Positions 28,003 to 32,000 of a DNA stretch of 32,000 nucleotides are shown here, in pieces (the stretch's first letter is position 1; each line of letters begins with the position of its first letter). The DNA lies in NCBI RefSeq assembly GCF_000018105.1, contig NC_009925.1, positions 2,130,001-2,162,000 of the forward strand, written 5' to 3'. The position numbers were made by a program, and so were the translations under genes. The stretch is from Acaryochloris marina MBIC11017. GTDB lineage: Bacteria; Cyanobacteriota; Cyanobacteriia; Thermosynechococcales; Thermosynechococcaceae. The notes beneath the pieces were generated by a model that saw only the letters and a list, made by a program, of their open reading frames with translations, ran no database searches and had not been told where the DNA came from.

Positions 28003-31000
28003 ATGCCTCGCCGCGCTAATGCTCCCAAACAAGAGAAGAAAGCAGCGGCCAGTCGTTCCTCTCCCAATGGTCGGGTCAAGAAAACAAAAATTCCCGCCGA
28101 CCATCGGATTCGAATTCGGGGAGCCCGTCAGCATAACCTCAAAAATATTGATTTAGACCTGCCCCGCGATCAGCTGATCGTCTTTACGGGCGTGTCGGGA
28201 TCGGGGAAATCTTCCCTGGCCTTTGACACCATCTTTGCGGAGGGGCAACGACGCTATGTGGAATCTCTCAGTGCCTATGCCCGCCAATTTTTAGGCCAGG
28301 TTGATAAGCCAGATGTGGATGCCATCGAGGGGCTGAGTCCCGCCATTTCCATCGACCAAAAATCCACCTCCCACAACCCCCGGTCCACGGTGGGGACAGT
28401 GACAGAGATTTATGACTACCTTCGCCTACTATACGGACGGGCAGGAGAACCCCACTGTCCCCATTGCGATCGCGCCATTACACCCCAAACCATTGACCAG
28501 ATGGTCGATCAGGTGATGGACCTACCGGAGAAAGCGCGGTTCCAAATTCTGGCCCCCGTAGTTCGCGGCAAAAAAGGCACCCATAAAAAGCTGCTGTCTA
28601 GTCTGGCTTCGGAGGGATTTGTCCGGGTGCGGGTAAATGGCGACGTGCGAGAACTGAGTGATGCCATCACCTTGGATAAAAACTTCAAGCACGACATTGA
28701 AGTAGTCGTAGATCGATTGGTGATGAAGCCGGGGATTGAAGAACGGCTTGCGGATTCCCTCTCCACCGGACTACAACGGGCTGAAGGCATCGTCATGGTT
28801 GACGTTCTGCCTGCCCCCACCGATAAGGTGGTGCCCATTACCCAGGCAAAATCCCTGAAGGTGGCAGAGGCAGAAGGCAGCTACGGTGACGAAACCCAAC
28901 CCAAACTCTTTGTCTTTTCCGAAAACTTTGCCTGTCCTGAGCATGGGGCAGTGATGGAAGAACTATCGCCTCGTTTGTTCTCCTTTAACTCTCCCTATGG
29001 GGCCTGTCCAGAATGTCACGGCTTGGGTAGTCTTAAAGTTTTTTCTGAAGATTTGATTGTCCCAGATCCCAATCTGCCCGTCTATGCCGCCATTGCTCCC
29101 TGGTCGGAGAAAGATAATACCTATTACTTCTCGCTGCTTTATAGCGTGGGCCAAGCCTTCGGGTTTGAGCTACAAACAAGCTGGGCTGATCTAACGGACG
29201 AGCAGCGCCATATCGTTTTACATGGCACCAAAGAACCCATCTATATGGAAGTGGATTCTCGCTATCGAGAATCGAAGGGCTATCACAAACGCTATGAGGG
29301 CGTGATTCCCCTGCTGGATCGGCATTATCGAGAAACCACCTCCGAGCAGTATCGGCAAAAGCTAGAAAAATATTTGATTCAGCAGTCCTGTGAAGTATGT
29401 GGGGGGCGGCGACTGAAACCAGAAGCCTTATCGGTACGGATGGGCCAATTCTGCCTGCCCGATCTGACCAGCGTTTCTATTCGCGACTGCCTGGAACGGA
29501 TTAATGCCATGACTTTGACTGCTCGCCAGGCCAAAATTGGGGAGCTAGTGCTCAAAGAAATTAAGGCCCGATTGCAGTTTTTGCTGGACGTGGGGCTGGA
29601 TTATCTAACTCTAGATCGAACAGCCATGACCCTATCGGGAGGAGAGGCCCAACGGATCCGTCTGGCAACTCAAATTGGTGCAGGGTTAACGGGGGTTCTC
29701 TACGTATTGGACGAGCCCAGTATTGGTTTGCATCAACGAGATAATCATCGGTTGCTGCAAACCCTAACCAAGCTGCGGGACCTCGGCAATACCTTGATTG
29801 TGGTGGAACATGACGAGGATACAATTCGAGCTGCAGACCACCTAGTGGATATCGGTCCAGCGGCGGGGGTGCATGGCGGCGATATTGTCGTGCAGGGGGG
29901 CTTAGAAGAACTGTTGGATAATGGCGAATCCTTGACGGGGGCTTACCTGTCTGGGAAGCGGGTGATTCCTACCCCGCCTGAACGTCGAGCCGGGAATGGT
30001 CGGGCGTTGCGCCTCCACAATGCCTATCGCAACAATCTCCAAAGCCTGGATGTGGAAATTCCCTTGGGCAAGCTGGTTTGTATTACCGGGGTATCAGGGT
30101 CGGGGAAATCGACGCTGATGAATGAATTGCTTTATCCGGCGTTGCAGCATCACTTGGGCTTTAAGGTACCGTTTCCGAATGAGTTGGACCGAGTGGCAGG
30201 TCTGAAGAGTTTGGATAAGGCCATCGTCATTGACCAATCCCCGATTGGTCGCACGCCTCGTTCCAATCCTGCCACCTATACGGGGGTGTTTGACGTGATT
30301 CGGAGCGTGTTTTCGGAAACGGTGGAAGCCAAGGCCCGGGGCTATAAGCCCGGTCGCTTTTCCTTTAACGTTAAGGGCGGGCGCTGTGAAGCCTGCGGTG
30401 GGCAAGGGGTTAATGTGATTGAGATGAATTTCCTGCCGGATGTTTATGTGCAGTGCGAGGTTTGTAAGGGGGCACGGTATAACCGGGAAACGCTGCAGGT
30501 GAAGTATAAGGGCAAGTCAATTGCCGATGTGCTGGCGATGACGGCGGAGGAAGCCCTGAAGTTTTGTGAGAATATCCCGAAGGCGGCAAATAAGCTGCAA
30601 ACGATGGTGGATGTGGGACTAGGGTATGTACGGCTGGGACAAACGGCTCCAACGCTGTCGGGTGGAGAAGCCCAGCGGTTGAAGTTGGCGACGGAGCTAT
30701 CCCGGCGGGCGACGGGTAAGACGCTGTATTTAATTGATGAACCGACGACGGGGTTGTCTTTTTATGATGTACACAAGTTACTGGATGTGTTGCAGCGGCT
30801 GGTGGATAAGGGCAATTCAGTATTGGTGATTGAGCATAATTTGGATGTGATTCGCTGCTCGGATTGGGTGATTGATTTGGGACCAGATGGGGGCGATCGT
30901 GGGGGTGAATTGGTGGCAACGGGGACGCCAGAAGCGGTTGCGAATGTCGCTGGGTCTTATACGGGACAATATCTTAAGCAGGTGCTAGCGCTTCATCCGC

Positions 31001-31023
31001 CAACCATTGCTGCTGACGCTTAA
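28003..31023 (+). CDS. uvrA: Excinuclease ABC subunit A
   Basis: [19 protein letters not shown], two Walker A motifs (GVSGSGKSS at the N-terminus and GVSGSGKST later), zinc modules CPHCDR and CEACGGQG...CEVCKG, and two LSGGE signatures. Confidence 0.95.
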   Translation: MPRRANAPKQEKKAAASRSSPNGRVKKTKIPADHRIRIRGARQHNLKNIDLDLPRDQLIVFTGVSGSGKSSLAFDTIFAEGQRRYVESLSAYARQFLGQVDKPDVDAIEGLSPAISIDQKSTSHNPRSTVGTVTEIYDYLRLLYGRAGEPHCPHCDRAITPQTIDQMVDQVMDLPEKARFQILAPVVRGKKGTHKKLLSSLASEGFVRVRVNGDVRELSDAITLDKNFKHDIEVVVDRLVMKPGIEERLADSLSTGLQRAEGIVMVDVLPAPTDKVVPITQAKSLKVAEAEGSYGDETQPKLFVFSENFACPEHGAVMEELSPRLFSFNSPYGACPECHGLGSLKVFSEDLIVPDPNLPVYAAIAPWSEKDNTYYFSLLYSVGQAFGFELQTSWADLTDEQRHIVLHGTKEPIYMEVDSRYRESKGYHKRYEGVIPLLDRHYRETTSEQYRQKLEKYLIQQSCEVCGGRRLKPEALSVRMGQFCLPDLTSVSIRDCLERINAMTLTARQAKIGELVLKEIKARLQFLLDVGLDYLTLDRTAMTLSGGEAQRIRLATQIGAGLTGVLYVLDEPSIGLHQRDNHRLLQTLTKLRDLGNTLIVVEHDEDTIRAADHLVDIGPAAGVHGGDIVVQGGLEELLDNGESLTGAYLSGKRVIPTPPERRAGNGRALRLHNAYRNNLQSLDVEIPLGKLVCITGVSGSGKSTLMNELLYPALQHHLGFKVPFPNELDRVAGLKSLDKAIVIDQSPIGRTPRSNPATYTGVFDVIRSVFSETVEAKARGYKPGRFSFNVKGGRCEACGGQGVNVIEMNFLPDVYVQCEVCKGARYNRETLQVKYKGKSIADVLAMTAEEALKFCENIPKAANKLQTMVDVGLGYVRLGQTAPTLSGGEAQRLKLATELSRRATGKTLYLIDEPTTGLSFYDVHKLLDVLQRLVDKGNSVLVIEHNLDVIRCSDWVIDLGPDGGDRGGELVATGTPEAVANVAGSYTGQYLKQVLALHPPTIAADA

Positions 31024-31140
31024 ATCCGCTAATTCACGTATTAGAATACAGTTGCAATCTGATTATCCTGATTGCTCTTGATATAGAGCAAATTCAAGAG
31101 ATTAATTGTTGGCTTTTCAAGGGTCGGCCAGGAGCAATGA

Positions 31141-32000
31141 GTGGCAGCTAATTTCCAATACGATGTTTTTCTCAGCCACAGTGCCAAGAATAAAGATGTG
31201 GTCAGGAAGATTGCAGAGCGGCTCAAATCTGCTGGGGTAAAAGTCTGGTTCGATGAGTGGAGCATTCGACCTGGAGATAGCATTCCAGCCAAAATTGAGG
31301 AAGGGTTAGAACAGTCCCGAGTGTTGGTACTGTGCATGTCTGCTGAGGCATTTGGGTCGGATTGGGCACAGTTGGAGAGTTATACCTTTCGGTTTAAAGA
31401 CCCACTAAACAAGGACCGTCGCTTTATTCCCCTCCGATTAGATGACGCCACTATCAGAGGATCACTGGCACAGTTTAGCTATATCGATTGGCGTAGGCAG
31501 GATAGCTCTGAAGCATATGGCAAACTGCTGACAGCTTGTCAACCTTATCAAGACGCTCCGCTACCAGACCCAAAACAACTCACTCAAGACGAATTTAAGT
31601 TAAAAATTCTATCGCTCGGACACACTGACGCCGTCTGGAGCGTGGCCTTCAGCGCCGACGGTCGCCGCGCCCTCTCCGGCTCCAATGACAACACCGTGCG
31701 CCTGTGGGACGTCGATACCGGACAATCCCTCAGGGTCATGGAAGGACACACTGACTCCGTCAATAGCGTGGCCTTCAGCGCCGACGGTCGCCGCGCCCTC
31801 TCCGGCTCCTCTGACAGAACCGTGCGCTTGTGGGACGTCGATACCGGACAATCCCTCCGAGTCATGGAAGGACACACTGACTCCGTCCAGAGCGTGGCCT
31901 TCAGCGCCGACGGTCGCCGCGCCCTCTCCGGCTCCTATGACAGAACCGTGCGCTTGTGGGACGTCGATACCGGACAATCCCTCCGAGTCATGGAAGGACA
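31141..32000 (+). CDS. TIR-domain protein fused directly to WD40 repeats (no NTPase module between them); 3' end lies outside the window
   Basis: Not in the ORF track, because it has no stop codon within the window. GTG 31141 immediately follows an in-frame TGA (31138-31140) and lies 6 nt after GGAG (31131-31134). Translation: MAANFQYDVFLSHSAKNKDVVRKIAERLKSAGVKVWFDEWSIRPGDSIPAKIEEGLEQSRVLVLCMSAEAFGSDWAQLESYTF...RFIPLRLDD (TIR_2-like). After a roughly 25-aa linker come repeats of GHTDxVxSVAFSADGRRALSGSxDxTVRLWDVDTGQSLRVME. Confidence 0.8.
   Translation, partial: MAANFQYDVFLSHSAKNKDVVRKIAERLKSAGVKVWFDEWSIRPGDSIPAKIEEGLEQSRVLVLCMSAEAFGSDWAQLESYTFRFKDPLNKDRRFIPLRLDDATIRGSLAQFSYIDWRRQDSSEAYGKLLTACQPYQDAPLPDPKQLTQDEFKLKILSLGHTDAVWSVAFSADGRRALSGSNDNTVRLWDVDTGQSLRVMEGHTDSVNSVAFSADGRRALSGSSDRTVRLWDVDTGQSLRVMEGHTDSVQSVAFSADGRRALSGSYDRTVRLWDVDTGQSLRVMEG
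31618..32000 (+). repeat. Tandem 126-bp (42-codon) repeats encoding WD40 blades; three full units plus the start of a fourth
   Basis: Units start at 31618, 31744, 31870 and 31996 (each begins GGACACACTGAC). Units 2 and 3 differ at 3 of 126 nt by hand alignment. Confidence 0.9.

Noticed and set aside
28003-28110. A roughly 35-aa Lys/Arg-rich N-terminal extension of UvrA before the conserved [11 protein letters not shown]
   Set aside because: There is no alternative in-frame ATG, GTG or TTG closer to the conserved core. It is probably a genuine but unremarkable lineage-specific tail.
30410-30919. 169-aa Pro-rich minus-strand ORF inside uvrA
   Set aside because: It lies wholly antisense to a strongly supported uvrA frame, and its low-complexity composition is typical of shadow ORFs. 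The same reasoning applies to the other antisense track ORFs inside polA, serC, fadN, fadE, comEC and the ligase gene.
31072-31091. Hairpin TTGCTCT-N6-AGAGCAA after uvrA, as a possible intrinsic terminator
   Set aside because: No U-tract follows the stem and the stem is AT-rich, so the evidence is insufficient to call a terminator.
31584-31977. Two minus-strand ORFs from the track (97 and 122 aa) with internally repetitive sequences
   Set aside because: They are antisense shadows of the plus-strand WD40 repeats. The plus frame gives canonical GH...WD blades and is contiguous with a TIR domain, whereas the minus-frame products are low-complexity with no motifs.
31618-32000. Regular 126-bp periodicity that might be mistaken for a CRISPR array or satellite
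   Set aside because: There is no repeat/spacer alternation. The whole unit repeats, is in frame, and encodes WD40 blades.

Overview
Chromosomal segment of a cyanobacterium, judged from 15 perfect copies of the HIP1 palindrome GCGATCGC, an ndhA-ndhI-ndhG-ndhE operon, ndhO, and DUF4079/DUF3288 families. Left to right: a 5'-truncated AmiC-type cell-wall amidase, malate dehydrogenase, NdhO, a DUF4079 membrane protein, a decayed DUF559 endonuclease gene, a cupin, ComEC and tRNA-Ser(CGA). Next comes a lipid-catabolism block: a lysophospholipase-like hydrolase, a small divergent RHH protein, an acyl-CoA synthetase, a FadN-type bifunctional dehydrogenase/hydratase, FadA thiolase and a membrane-anchored FadE-type acyl-CoA dehydrogenase. 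After that: DNA polymerase I, a lipoprotein, a hypothetical protein, phosphoserine aminotransferase, DUF3288, SixA, citrate synthase, ndhAIGE, a rhomboid protease and UvrA. At the right edge a TIR-WD40 ORF runs out of the window and is missing from the supplied ORF track. Most notable: (i) a complete beta-oxidation gene set in a phylum generally described as lacking it, whose acyl-CoA synthetase has an ATP P-loop that is degenerate and split by about 32 aa; (ii) the TIR-WD40 gene, with near-identical 126-bp repeats whose few differences fall mostly on the same codons, plus a GC jump inside the ORF; (iii) a ComEC whose beta-lactamase-fold domain has lost every metal-ligand motif. No CRISPR array, rRNA, transposase or integrase was seen. 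All family assignments come from motif recognition by eye; nothing was searched.
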